From Fistulifera solaris (taxonomy: Eukaryota), in assembly GCA_030295235.1 (NCBI GenBank), contig AP026123.1, positions 992,001 to 1,056,000 of the forward strand: DNA of 64,000 nt, in the 5' to 3' direction. Made by a program: the position numbers and the translations under genes. Of the stretch, positions 11,786 through 24,488 are shown in pieces. The notes under the pieces were generated by a model. It searched no databases and was not told where the DNA came from. It saw nothing but the letters and a program-made list of their open reading frames with translations. Each line of letters opens with the position of its first letter. Within the stretch, counting starts at the first letter, position 1.

Positions 11786-14700
11786 ATGCCACCTAGAAAG
11801 CGCCCGCAAAAGAGAAAAAGGGAAACGCCAAGGAAAAGGTAGCCCGCCGCAATGAGACGGAAGAGGATCCCATCCGTGCGACGTGGTTGTCGATCGGCCC
11901 ATCCGATGAACCGGCTCGTCGCCAGTTGTGCTGGAAATTTGCGGAATCGATATCGAAGGAGCATGTCGAAGGAATCAAGTGGGAAGGATTCGAATGGATG
12001 GAAGCAGAAGAACAGGCGGCGGAAGTGTGGAAATTCATCTGTCAAGATGTATTCGATACTCGTTTCGCTTTGAACGATGCCGACCACGGAAGATTGGCTG
12101 TTTCGAGTCATTTTCTGACTATTCTATTTGGGATTTCTCAGCAAGCATCACCAGTAAGCTTGATACTTCGGTCGGTGGTGGAAGAATATACAGTGTCTTG
12201 TGGACTACTGTCATGGTTACCCGATCGTTCTCGGGAGTTGTACGAACGGCGAAATAACGTGCAACTCGCGCCCCGTGACGAGCATCCACCGTTCATTGCC
12301 GTGATCGTGCAAAAAATACTGGAAGTAATGGAAGGGGAACAGTTTCAGGATTCTTTTACAAATCATGACGACAATGCCGCCGAATGGACGTTTATTCATC
12401 GCGGCTTGGAATGTCTGTTGGATTTGTTGCTCCATCATGAGATGCGAGAGTCGCTTATACCTTATTTGATAAGTGTGCACTTTGTCATTCGAGGGCGACT
12501 CGCGTTAGGTAGTCCCACGTTCAGTCGCGCTCCTGCGGATACCTTGCTTTTGGCTCAGCAGCTTTTTGAACGAATTCATTTGAATATGTTTCACAGTTCC
12601 GATTACGTAAAAACCCGTACGCTGTATCATCGACGAGCTGGGATTGTGCAAAAGATGTGTCAGCGTTACTTCGAAGATGATCTCCCCGACGTCATTTTTT
12701 TCGGGGGCGGGAATTTTGTGTCAGGAAGGATTGATTCGCACCTATATGAATGGCTTTTCGGACGAACATTTTTTGGAATTGCTACATAAGCTACGATTGG
12801 TTGACAAAGCAAGCTCTGATGTGGGGTTGCAGTACAATCGCGAATTCTTACTGCAAATCTTGGAAGAGTATCTGGTAATCCCCAAAGATTCTTTGGAGGA
12901 ACTACAACAATATCCCATCTATCCGAACGAAAAGGTGCTTTGGGATTTTACTCGGATTCCTCCGAGTCATCCTAGCCTACTTCCGCCATCCCACGTGCTT
13001 TCACTGCCAAAGCTGCATCTTTCTTACCTCTCGTTTGCTGACTATTTGCGGCGCAACTTCGATTTGATGCGCCTGTCGAGCGCGTACGATATTCGGTCAG
13101 ACTTGGTAGACGTTATACGTCGTATGCGCCCAGTTGTGCGCCAGTCTCTGGAGCTAGATGCTAAGTCGAACGAGGTTCATGTATTACGAACAGAGTTTAG
13201 TGGCTGGGCTCGCATGGCTCTGGAGATTCATTCGCCACTTGCGCTCAAAAAGGTATCCAAACCAGCTTACGGTATTGGTGCGTCCCAGGTGCTTGCCGAG
13301 TTTGCGGTCGACTTATCGCCTTGTGGCGCTGCTATTCGGCGTGAATGGGACTCGCTGGGCGAATTTGATAACGTGTTTTTGGTTCAGATCGATGCAAGCC
13401 GAATGAGTGGACGCCCGGCTCCTAGTGTGAACGATAAATTGGTACCCGACGAAGACGATCGGACTTTTCCGGAACGATACGGAGTAATTTACGTCCGTGG
13501 TGCAATGATTATGCATGTTCGGGATGAAAACGGGACGCTGTTGTCTAATGCTTTCTCGGAAAAGCAGCAAGAGCTCGGTCTCAAACGGATTTTTACTGTG
13601 TCGCTCGATCCGACCCAGTATTTCCTGGATGAGAAATCTTCGACAGGTACTGACCTTTACCAGTCACTCAATCTTGTCGTCAAAAGGCATGGAAGAGAAA
13701 ATAATTTCAAAGCGGTCTTGGAAACTATCCGTGGATTGATGTCGGGCACTGGCTCCATCAATAGAGTAATACCTTCTTATCTTCAGAATGTGTTGCTTGG
13801 GAGAGACATTCTTTCTTCCCCCACCCAGAATGATGTGTCGAAAGAATCCTTCTTTGATTTTGGAGACACATTCATCGACGAGAACCACCTGAAGGATTCG
13901 TTTCCGGGAGCAAAAATTAAGATAAAATTGTGCGACGACTTGGATGAAAGTCGGAGACGAAATTATCGCTTGCGGTTCGATGAGACTAAAAGGGTCTCTC
14001 AATCGAAGCACTTGTTTATTTGGGAGGTTCCATCAGTAGTGGCAATTCCGTACGCTTTACTCCAAGTCAAGTGTCCGCAATACGGCGGGGCTTGTCAGCT
14101 GGGCTTTCCTTGACTGTCGGTCCACCTGGAACAGGAAAAACAGATGTTGCTGTTCAAATTATTGCTAGTCTGTATCATTCTTTCCCAAACCAAAGGATAG
14201 TTGTAATCACGCACTCAAATGCGGCTTTGAACGACATATTTGAAAAACTCGCGCTTCGCGGTGATGTTGAAGAACGCGGTCTTCTTCGTCTTGGGGCGGG
14301 AGAGAAGGATCTGCGCGTTGCGTCGAGCCACGATTTCACGAAAAGCGGCCGTGTGGCGTACTGCCTTGCACAAAGAAGCTTACTTCTCGAGGAAGTCCAA
14401 AAATTATCCGAGACACTAGGCGTAAGTGGCAGAGCAGAGAGAGGACCCGATGGTTCCCCGGGTTACACTTGCGAAACGGCCGAGTATTTTTGGAAGCTTT
14501 CCGTCAAGCGACTTATTCGACGCTTTGACTTGTGGGCGGAAGAGAATATCGCACAAGATAGTGAAAACATTGACATCGATCGCTTTCCGTTCAAGGCGTT
14601 CTTTAATCTAGAAAGCAAGATTTCGCTGGATGAAGCAAGAAAGCTTATAGCTAAGGTCAAAACGATATTCGAAAGCCTGTCCCTGTATCGCCCCTTCGAG

Positions 14701-15814
14701 CTCCTTACATCACAAAGACAGCGAGCTGACTACATGTTGATAAAACAAGCACGTGTTGTCGCTATGACGTGCACCCATGCAGCTATTGCAAGGTCACATT
14801 TGATAGAATTGGGCTTCGAGTACGACAGCGTCGTCATTGAAGAAGCAGGACAGATGGTAGAAATCGAATCTTTCATTCCCCTCCTACTGCAGCGAGGGGG
14901 ATCCCGACGGCTCCGACTCGACGTCTTCGCGGTTGAAACGAGTGTGCCTGCTCGGAGATCACGACCAACTTCCCCCGGTTATAAAGAACATGTCGTTTGC
15001 AAATTTCAGCAACCTTGATCAGAGCATGTTCGCTCGACTGATACGACTCGGAGTCCCTTACACTCAACTCGATAGGCAAGGGCGTGCACGTCCAGAAATC
15101 GCTCAGCTATATAGTTGGCGATATAATGACCTAAAAAACCTTGAGCATGTCACCACTCAAGAACATTTCCAGATCGCAAACGCTGGATTTGCACACACTC
15201 TTCAGTTGATTAATGTTGATGACTTCCAAGGAAAAGGAGAGACGTCCCCAACCGCCTACTTCTATCAGAATGTCGGCGAAGCTGAGTACACTGTTGCCTT
15301 GTTTCAGTACATGGTGCTGATAGGCCACAGCCCTAGCAAGATATCCATTCTTACGACTTACAACGGCCAAAAGCAGCTAATTGAAGACATCGTGTCTCAA
15401 CGTTGTGGAGACGGCACTCCACTGGAAGGAGTACGGCCAGGAGCCATATCCACGGTGGATCAATATCAGGGACAGCAGAACGATATCATCTTACTGTCGT
15501 TGGTGAGAACGAATTCCGTCGGTCATTTGCGAGATGTTCGACGTCTGGTGGTGGCAGTATCACGGGCAAGGTTGGGTCTTTACGTCTTCTGTCGTCAGAA
15601 CTTGTTTTCGTCAGTGCCCGAACTCAAGCAAACGTTTGATCAATTCAAGACGAAACCCAATAAGCTCACTTTGGTGTTGAACGAAACTTATCCAACTGAC
15701 CGTAAAGCTAACGATGCCCCAGACACCAGCAATCTCCTTGACGTCGACGACGTTTCACACCTTGGTGCGATTGTTCACAAAATGCAGGAGGATTTAATAG
15801 CACAGCTAGAATAA
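11786..15814 (+). CDS. AQR: Aquarius, intron-binding spliceosomal RNA helicase (frameshifted)
   Basis: '[23 protein letters not shown]', 'FSGWARMA', '[12 protein letters not shown]', 'GPPGTGKTD', 'AMTCTHAA', '[11 protein letters not shown]', '[21 protein letters not shown]', spread over five ORFs. Confidence 0.95.
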
Positions 15815-15887
15815 GAGAAGTTAATATGTAATGTACTTACAGTTAAATGATAACATAAGCTTGCATCAGCTGCTAAAATATATTTAT

Positions 15888-16732
15888 CTACTTGGAAAGA
15901 GTACCACCACGAGCCAAGATAGCTTGTTCCCGAGGAGACAGATGCTTCGATGCCTTGCTGGCATCAAACCCATCCCTCCATTTCGATTTCACGCTTTCTT
16001 TTTCTGCTTCTTTCTCTGCTGCTGTCTTTAGACGCTCCTTCCACATTTCACTCTTGTAAGGACGTCCACCACCCTTGGCTTCATCCAAGTCACCAATCAT
16101 TTCAAATTTACGAATACTAGCATCATTGTACGGAGACCCAGGCTGAGTGTAGTAAGCGTCTGGTGCACCCGGCGGGAGACCGACGACATGGTTACCGATT
16201 CCATAACCGCGAGAGCGAATCAAGGACTGGTTGTGCATGTGGTGGAAGTTGAAGTAAGGTTCTTGGTGTCCCACATTGCTCTTGAAAGGCGCGTGACTGA
16301 TTTCCGAGGATTTGAGATGACTCATCTTCTCTTCAATATATTCATTCTCCATACTCGGAGTAGCGTCGTTCATGCAGGTCAACCAGCCGTGCCATTCGGG
16401 GGGGAACTTGTGCGGAATCGAAGTTGTGAATGTCCGCCGGTTCTACCCAGCGGTGTTGCCCGTAGGTATAATCGACGCGGTTTTCGTAATATCTATTTCC
16501 AGCAGCGTCAGCTCCCATGAATGTACCAACCTTGAAAGGATAATCTCCATTCTAAAAATGAAATTGACAGAGAATGAGTTGCGGCCTAAAGGAAAGAGGC
16601 ACTAACGCCCCCTTTCGAAGGGCACTCAAATCTTGAAGCATAGCTTACCGTGTACATATGCTCAAGGAGTCCTTTCCAACCACCTCGATAACGAAGAGCG
16701 ACCTTAAAATTATTGATGATTCCCAAAACCAT
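15888..16732 (-). CDS. NDUFA12: NADH:ubiquinone oxidoreductase subunit NDUFA12 (B17.2); one intron 16552-16648
   Basis: Spliced product reads 'MVLGIINNFK...EHMYT|NGDYPFKVGTFMGADAAGNRYYEN...GQHRWVE...QVPPEWHGWL'. GT-AG intron in phase. Confidence 0.88.
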
Positions 16733-17408
16733 GGTTGATAATCTCTTTATTGTAAAGACTCTGTCAGACAAACTCACTTCTTTTGCTTGCTTTGTTGCGC
16801 TGCAAACCTGCAAAAAGCACACAGCAGCAAAACGCAGGATGAAGAGCATACCTGGTACGTCAATATCACGTCATACTGGTACCGTACCTAGCACTCGACA
16901 TACCGGTGCAACGACTATAAGGCTTAGTGTAAGCGAACTTCGCCACGACAGCTTTCAGTCATGAGATAAAAGTGAGCTTTAGATTCTTGTCCGATAACTA
17001 TCTTTCGTGTAAGAAAATGGAACGTTGGGTCGCTCATACCCAAATTTACCTAACAGTCTGGGATGCACCTGTGGTACAATTTGTTGAATCTTCTAACCGA
17101 AGATTGTCTTTGATCGTCAGCCCTTTTCATTACTTCCAAAATACAGGGTAGTAATGTAGCTTTAACGAAATTCAGTCATGAGACAAGATAAGCTTCTGGC
17201 CGCGAATAGGGCCGTGAAATATATTTAGTGAGCGAAGCGTCGAATAAGCTAGTTCTAAGGCAGATTCTAGGTTTTCATATTAACAATGGATGTTAATTCG
17301 CCCATCGAAGGTACTGTGCTTGACAACTATACCGGCTTAAAAGCGAGCGGTGCTTCAGTTCGGAGCTAATCAAGCTTTGCTTCTAAATCACGGCCGTCTT
17401 TACAACAG

Positions 17409-18962
17409 CTACTTCGCTTTTCCAGAGCCGCCCACGCGAAATGTCACTACTTGTAAAGCCCCTTCCTTCAAATTGAACTTATGGCACTTTCCATCTTTCA
17501 TTACCAACTCTATGTTCGATCTTTTCAGCGCGTATATATCTTCAAGAGGATTTCCGTTAACAACCAAGATATCGGCATATGCTGAACAATGTCAAGGTGA
17601 GGTACGCCTTATATCTAAAGACCGAAACGAAATCTCGCAAAACATACCTCCTTCTTCAATAACCCCCAGACTCCCCCTCGGTATACGGGTTCAATGTTCC
17701 CGTCCAACTTAGCACAGTAGCTGCACTGCTTGTCGCCGCTCTCAAAGCTTCGGCATGTGTAAAGCCACCCATCGAAACCATGTGAATTATGTTATCAGCC
17801 TGTCTAGAAGAATTACCTCTTCCAAACAATTCACCGCCTGCGATGGTCAAAGGCTTGTACTTGTGAATGAGATCCAACATTTTCTTCGCCCCACTAAAAA
17901 CAAGCGCCGCCTTAGTTTTTTGGTTATTGTCGAATTTCGCGAGCGCGTCTGGGTCTCCAAATGCTTCGAGCGCCATAGTTGCCTGTACTGATAGTGCAAT
18001 GTTCTCTTCGACCATCCTTCTCATAGTTTCCTCGCCCATTAAATATCCGTGCTCTATGCAACGCACGCCTGCATCGATTGCTCGGTTGATTGCCTTATCA
18101 TGATAGGCATGCTAAGAATGTCGAAAAGGAAGTTTCAAACCACGTCAGTAAAACTTGAACAAGACACAGTTCCTTGTCGCCCCTTCGCCCAACTCCACTC
18201 ACCGCCATTACGTAAGTACCGTAATCATTCGCCACTTCCACAGCTGTCTTCATCTCGTCCAATGTGAAGTGAGTTGCATAAAAGTTATTGTACGGCCCCA
18301 GTACGGATCCAGAGGCCATGATTTTTGAGTTGTGTGGCTCCATTTCGGATATTATTACGGCACGCCTTTAGTACCTCCGCTCGTCCGTCACAAACGTGAG
18401 CAAAGCCATTCTTTTCTAAATAATCCATTTCTCCCGGTTGATCAAAACAACAACCCGTGTCACCGGGACCGCCTGTCTGCGTAATGAAAGCCCCGCTCGG
18501 GTAGATACGTGGCCCCGGTATTCGTCCTTTCTGCACGGCTTTGGCTATCCCCAAGACATTTCCGCCAGCGTCTCGACACGTGGTAAAGCCTTGTTGTAAG
18601 TAATCTAACAGATCATGAGCACACATAGCTCCCATGGCCATCTGGTCATAGCTGTCTCGTCCTTCTTTCATCCCATCTTGGATACAAATATGCGAATGCA
18701 TGTCAATGAGACCAGGCATCAGTGTCTTGCCACCACAATCCACTTTAATGAGCTTTACGTCTTGCGGAACCGGTACCAGTTTTCCTACTTTTCGAATCAG
18801 ATTCTTATGAATGAGAACTTCCTGAGGCTCACTGAGTACATCCGATTTACCATCGTAGACGCGCGCATTTGTGAACAAGACGAATTGAGCCGATGGTTCT
18901 TCTTCAAATTGAATGTGGGCTGGATCCTTCCATTTTGGATCTCGCGGAAGATACTCGGGCAT
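17409..18962 (-). CDS. Metal-dependent amidohydrolase (Xaa-Pro dipeptidase-like); introns 18112-18202 and 17582-17647; frameshifted
   Basis: 'GKTLMPGLIDMHSH', 'GFTTCRDAGG', 'GPRIYPSGAFITQTGG', spliced 'YVMA|HAYHDKAINRAIDAGVRCIEHG', 'G|AYADILVVNGNPLEDI'. Confidence 0.85.
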
Positions 18963-19429
18963 TCTTATGGATTGGGCACAGATTGATGATGTTGTTTGTT
19001 GATAATATTATCAATAATAATGATTGTTACGGAGTATATCAAAGAAAAATCATTGTGTGCAACATTAGTTTCCGCACCTCAACCGCAACCGCAAGATGAA
19101 AGCCGGCTGGCTTGCTCCGACAGCCATGTATTAAGTACTAATAGTGAACACCATCCGTTGAGGATTCTACTCTATGATTTATTGTACTAAATATAACTCA
19201 TGACTTGTATCCCGTGACTCAAAACCTCCACCGCACTTTTTCCAACAAAAAAAAACGCCGAACACGAATAACCTCGTAGAGAAACGATAATGATTCATTC
19301 ATGTAAAGGTAGAACATTCAGTCTAGACCAAGCATTAGTTAACATCTGCAGTCATCCGAGGAAATTAAGATTAGCCTGATACCTACAAAGAATTTCTCTC
19401 TCTTAAATATCGAATTTAAAAACTCCACG

Positions 19430-19738
19430 ATGCACCCACCACTCGACCGACCGCACCCGGACTGTCAGGAAGCCATCCAAGCTCTGCACAATTGCCACGC
19501 TGATAATTGGAAGAAATATACAGGAGGATGTAATGATATCAAAGTATCTCTGGACCAATGTCTCAAATACGAGAAGAAGAGACTCCTGGACGAAATGAAT
19601 AAGGATCTTCCGGAGCAACGGAACCAGCAAGAAGAAGTAATAAAGAAAGCCTTTGGTAAACAAATGACATTTCAGGAATACTTGAAACAAGACAAAGAAT
19701 TTCAGGCTGAACTCGAGAAGAAGAACAAAGGCAGCTAG
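19430..19738 (+). CDS. CMC2: Twin CX9C cytochrome c oxidase assembly protein (CMC2-like)
   Basis: 'MHPPL...C-X9-C...GGC-X9-CL' twin CX9C pattern in an intact 102-aa ORF. Confidence 0.8.
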   Translation: MHPPLDRPHPDCQEAIQALHNCHADNWKKYTGGCNDIKVSLDQCLKYEKKRLLDEMNKDLPEQRNQQEEVIKKAFGKQMTFQEYLKQDKEFQAELEKKNKGS

Positions 19739-19859
19739 CTAATTCGTAGGCAAACGCGTCGATTGCATTTCATACAAACTGTTTTATGTATAAGACTCTT
19801 CATAATTTTACCCCAAAGACGAAAGTGTCACAGGTATTTTTTCATTTCTTGACACAATC

Positions 19860-20924
19860 TTACATGCCCTTGATGTAGGTGATCTTACGAGCTTTGCGAG
19901 ATGCCCATCCGACACGCTTGGAGTAACCAGCACCCAACGCCATGAAAATTAGGGCACTCATGTGAAGAGCGGCGTTCTTCTTTCGCTCATCACTTTCCGG
20001 CTCGGCAGCCCAGTTCAAGAACTGAGCTACATCACGGGCCTGCTGCGCGATGGAGGCAACAGTGCCGTCCTCGTACTCGACACCGTCGTCCTGTAGTGGT
20101 GGAGGCATCGAGATAATACCACCGGGAAAGTAAGGGTTGTAGTGACGTCCTTCCATAATAATCTTTCCAGCTGGAGGGTCCATGTAGCCGGTAAGAAGAG
20201 CCATCACATAGTCATGTCCTTCGTGTCGGGCCTTGACCATCAGACTCAAATCCGGTGGATACGCTCCTCCGTTGGCGGCTCGACCTTGCTGGATATTCGA
20301 ATACGGAGAAGGGAGCTTGTCGAAAAGCTTTGACGGACGTTCAAACATTTCTCCTTCCTGATTCGGTCCATCCGTAATTTCTACCTCTTTCGCCATGTCC
20401 TTCACTTCCTCTTTTGTGTGCGTGACGCCGACTAATTCACGCCAACGAATGCGCTCGAGGGAGTGGCAAGTTGAGCACACCTCACGGTACACCTGAAGAC
20501 CCCGACGAAGAGCACCGCAGTCAAACGATGCAAAGAAACCCCGATGTCTCCATGGATACGACGGAGGATGCGCCAAGTCTTCGTCCAAGAGCGTCATGGC
20601 AGGCACCGAGGCCATCAACGCGACACCAGCCGCGGCAGCGACTGGGCGACTTGTTTTGCCTGCAAATGATAAAAGAGCCGTAAGAACAAAGAAATAAATA
20701 AGAGCGTCGCCTAAACAAAGCTAAATATAACATTCAGTTTCATGCTCGTCAAAGATCGGAATCAGGAATCTTAGCCTTGCAGTTCAACATCGGCATTCAG
20801 CAGAAAGCTCTCGGCAGATTTTTATTGCGTGGTTTGCTTTCACTAAACGCGCCCTTTTCGACAACTGATCACCCCGTGAACAACAGTAAATACAACTTAC
20901 AAATGCAAGCATTTGAGACGCCAT
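19860..20924 (-). CDS. CYC1: Mitochondrial cytochrome c1; probable 24-nt first exon and intron 20660-20900
   Basis: 'RRGLQVYREVCSTCHSL' (CxxCH), 'ANGGAYPPDLSL', 'YNPYFPGG', C-terminal TM. The 5' exon is inferred from GTAAGT/CAG sites and needs one indel. Confidence 0.93.
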
Positions 20925-21622
20925 AATGCTATTTAAAGCGTAGAAAGTGAACTGTTGATCTTCTTGCGCTTGTTCGCTTTTCGTCAATCATCGCAGTCTC
21001 TACGGTTGCGGAGACCGCCGACCGAAAATCTACGTGTTTTGACGTACCAAGAAGGTACGACAAAATGTATGGAACCACAGAACGAAAAGTGACGTAAGCA
21101 ATAGAGAACCGGTCGATAAATTTAGTACTTAAGAACCGATAAAGAACAAAGACTATATGTAGATATGTAGAAGTGACAATAGGTGACGCAACTGGAATTC
21201 AGTCCCGGAAGATCTCCTCCTCGGTAATCATCATCTAATGTTATTAAAGAAGTAATCTTGATGAAGTATGAATCGAAATCATTAATACGAAAGAAACCGC
21301 CACCTCCGTTGCTGCTGATGTCGATATTGCCGTTTGGATCACCTATGTTAGGCAAACCAAGGATTAGTCCTTGGGGCAAGCTGCCCTTGGTTAAGACTTA
21401 AACTAGAAACCTGAACCGTATCGGCTAACAAGCTAGCAAGTACAATAATTAGAGCCTAGCTACTGTCTAGTACGTTACTTGTAATTCGAATAGAACTCCA
21501 ACACGAATAACTCGTATGTGAAACATAGAACGGAAAGTGTTGAAAACAGATTATTCTCATAGCTGATTCAAAAAGCACACACCGATTACTGATTACCGCT
21601 GTCCATTACTTTCATAGAAAAA

Positions 21623-22420
21623 TCAAGCCAACAACAGCGTTTGTAGTCCGCCCATCAGCAATCCGAAAAAGGACCAGTAACGCACACCAAAACTGCGTCC
21701 GCCGTAAGTATTGACTCCAGTACATTGTCCAGGAGTATCGACAGTGTCGTAAATGGGCGTATATCCACCATTCTCAGTTGCTTCGGTACATTCGCTCTGT
21801 CGTTTATCATCCATCACATTGCAGCAATCTACCGTGAGTTTGTTCGCATCGCATACGGCGCAATAGTTACAGGCATCTCCATTGAGGGTCGCAGTACATG
21901 ACTCAACAATAGAGAAATCTTTCGGAGTGCTGGCGACGACTTCCACACATGTGTTCTGAAGAACTTCACTGGTTGTAACATTGAAGCAGCTTTTCGTCTT
22001 ATAGTGATCACCTTCCGCATTCAGAGTCAACGCAAAGCCTCCTTCAATACAGGCCGTTACGTTGTTTTCGACGTCTGTGTTGCAGGAAGGCTCATCGTAG
22101 ACACAATCAACAAAAATCTCGTCTTGTTCTAGATTAGCACAGGCACAGGTCATTGTTTGGTTTGTCACATTGCTGTTCGATAGTTGCAAATTGTACTGCT
22201 CGCATACTTCTTCGACAGTCCGTTGCAATCTTCGAGAATGAGGATCGATTGTTAGGTCTTGCAGTAGCGTGGGAATCTGAAACTCTCGCAACAGTTGCGA
22301 AAGAAGAGAATCTCCGTCCTGAACGAAGGAAGAAGGCGGTGCGACGGATACCACTCGAGTGCAGCCCACGAAACTCTGGAAGACGGCGAAAAATGGCAGA
22401 ACAAGGCCCACTTTATTCAT
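21623..22420 (-). CDS. Secreted Cys-rich cell-surface protein, probable GPI/TM anchor
   Basis: Signal peptide, 'RRLQ' processing-type motif, many Cys, hydrophobic C-terminus 'YWSFFGLLMGGLQTLLLA'. Confidence 0.7.
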   Translation of the reverse strand: MNKVGLVLPFFAVFQSFVGCTRVVSVAPPSSFVQDGDSLLSQLLREFQIPTLLQDLTIDPHSRRLQRTVEEVCEQYNLQLSNSNVTNQTMTCACANLEQDEIFVDCVYDEPSCNTDVENNVTACIEGGFALTLNAEGDHYKTKSCFNVTTSEVLQNTCVEVVASTPKDFSIVESCTATLNGDACNYCAVCDANKLTVDCCNVMDDKRQSECTEATENGGYTPIYDTVDTPGQCTGVNTYGGRSFGVRYWSFFGLLMGGLQTLLLA

Positions 22421-22614
22421 CCCGTATACAAATGCGATCGAAAATAGGATGTCGTCGATAGAGGTTTAAACAATGCCTTTGTTTTTAATAAGCCTCTGTT
22501 TAGATAGAAAACAATAATGAGCTTTTTATGTCGAGCAAGAGGCAAGATCAAGATCGGATTGGAAAATGACTCTTTTCTCTATAGCCTCAAAGTGTATGCG
22601 ACTTTTTTCATGAT

Positions 22615-23105
22615 TAGGATCATGACTGAAATCGAGTCCTGTTAGCCCGTAAACCTACACTTCGGTCTATAGTTAATTTTCCAGGGAACTTTCGACGCTT
22701 TCATAAAATAAAGTTGGTCGCCCTCTCTAGCTCTAGCCCTCTCTAGGCCCTCCACACCACCAGATAATGTTTTTGATTACATTCTACTTCCAACGGTTTT
22801 AAATCTCGTATGGGAAACTAGATTTGCCGCTTCAATCGTCTTTTTCTGCATTCTGGATCATGACTGAAATCAAGTCGTGGCACCGGAAAAGACACTATTG
22901 GGGCTATAGTTAATATTTTGTCAAACAGCTTTTTCGAGGCTAATTATCGGCACGGTGCACGCCGAGAAAGAAGTTGGTCATCCGCCATGACACCCAATTG
23001 TGATTGCGACTACATGCTACCCCAACAGTCTGTTGGGGAAATAGTTTTGTCATTTCAATCGTTTTCTGTATTACAGTATGGTTGATGACTGAAATCAAGT
23101 CGGTG
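22615..23105. repeat. Decayed tandem repeat, unit ~225-238 bp, two full copies plus start of a third
   Basis: ATGACTGAAATC(G/A)AGTC at about 22622, 22860 and 23085. Collinear blocks ctatagttaat, aagttggtc, tacat-ctac, gggaaa and ttcaatcgt in units 1 and 2. Confidence 0.75.
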
Positions 23106-23379
23106 CTGCGCGCGAATCTGGTCTACGGAGTGTGCCGTTAACGAAATTGGGAACTGCGTTTGCACCTGTGTCGTGGCATCACGGCCGAAAAGATTGTGTC
23201 GTGTCATTCCCGTTGATTAGCGCTAACGAATGAACACGTGGCGACACTCGTTTCAAGAGGGCGGACGATTGGGCAAGCTACGAAACATTTAGCGCTATTT
23301 CAATTTATTCTCAATTTATATCGATCGCAAGCGGGTAGCCAGAAGATCGAATAGCTTCACCAAAGATGTTAGCTCTGTC

Positions 23380-23760
23380 TTATTTCTTTTCAAAACATCC
23401 GTATTTTTCTTTCCGAATGTGTTCTCGTCTCGCTCTCTAATTTCTTCAAACGCTTTTTTCTCCTCCTTGAAGGGCAATGGGGAGTAGAGCTGTCAAAATA
23501 GCGAGGATTCCTGCGCCTACCGCCAAACCAATGGGAGCGTCTACTTTTCCGTACTCATAATCATCTTCAACTTCGACTACCGCCAAAACGATGGCCGGAA
23601 TATTGGCCATGACGAAAGCGGAAGCCGCGGCAATCTTAGGCTCCATATTGTCAAACGGGGAGGCTTGAAGAGGAAGCACTCGCGCCGGAGAGATAACTTT
23701 CGGGACGAAAGCTACCACCGCGGTGGCCAGCAGGCAAACGAGAAAAGCACGACGGATCAT
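23380..23760 (-). CDS. Small plastid-targeted single-pass (probably thylakoid) membrane protein (frameshifted at 3' end)
   Basis: 'MIRRAFLVCLLATAVVA-FVP' bipartite presequence, a second hydrophobic (lumen-type) segment, then 'DDYEYGKVDAPIGLAVGAGILAILTALLPIALQGGE' and 'AFEEIRERD' in the shifted frame. The 3' end is approximate. Confidence 0.7.
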
Positions 23761-24488
23761 ATCGATGAAATGGGTTGTTTGTACCGCTGTTGAAATATTT
23801 AACTGACGCGTTACTACTTTGGCTAGCTGAGATTGTCTCTCTGAGAAGTCTTCACCACAAGGTGTGTGTCTGTTCCGATTACTCTTACGGACTTTGACTT
23901 CGATGGCGGATGACACCAACGCAGCACGAGGTTCTCGACCGTTGCTGCTAAACCTTAGAAAAAATACCAGGTACAGTACCGGTACGGCTTTTTTCTAGGT
24001 TGCTGTTGCGATGATGCACGACAGATGCTGTAGGGTTAAAGCTATCCTTTTACGGCAAACAATACAGTAGGGCGTCACAGCGAGACAGAATGTCACTCAA
24101 TAAGTACATATTGAGCATGAACAGAAGTGGAGACAGGGCGGGCCGGCGTCCGCTTTCCGAGATGACATTAATCAAGTACGACTTGAATTTTTAGTGTCTG
24201 CTCTATAGTGTACTCGCCGAAGTTAATTATATTACTTCTAATGTCATACTTGTTGATTCAGAATTTGATAGTATAAAGTACAAGACTTCAAGTCGCACGT
24301 CGCACCTCGCACCTCGCGCTGCGCTCGCGCAGCTGCAAGATTTTTGTCTTGTTTTTGCCTTCTTCATTTTGCATGTTGTTGCATGTGCTTCGTTTACTTC
24401 AAAGCTGGAAAAGAGGTGCGGTTGCTGTTTGTCGTCCAAATCAATAATCTCGGCTAAAACAAAACGTCTTGCATAAGCGGCAATTCAC

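Noticed and set aside
21122..21379. 85-aa ORF with a protein-like Gly/Asp stretch
   Set aside because: Non-ATG start and no supportable family; at most a gene fragment.
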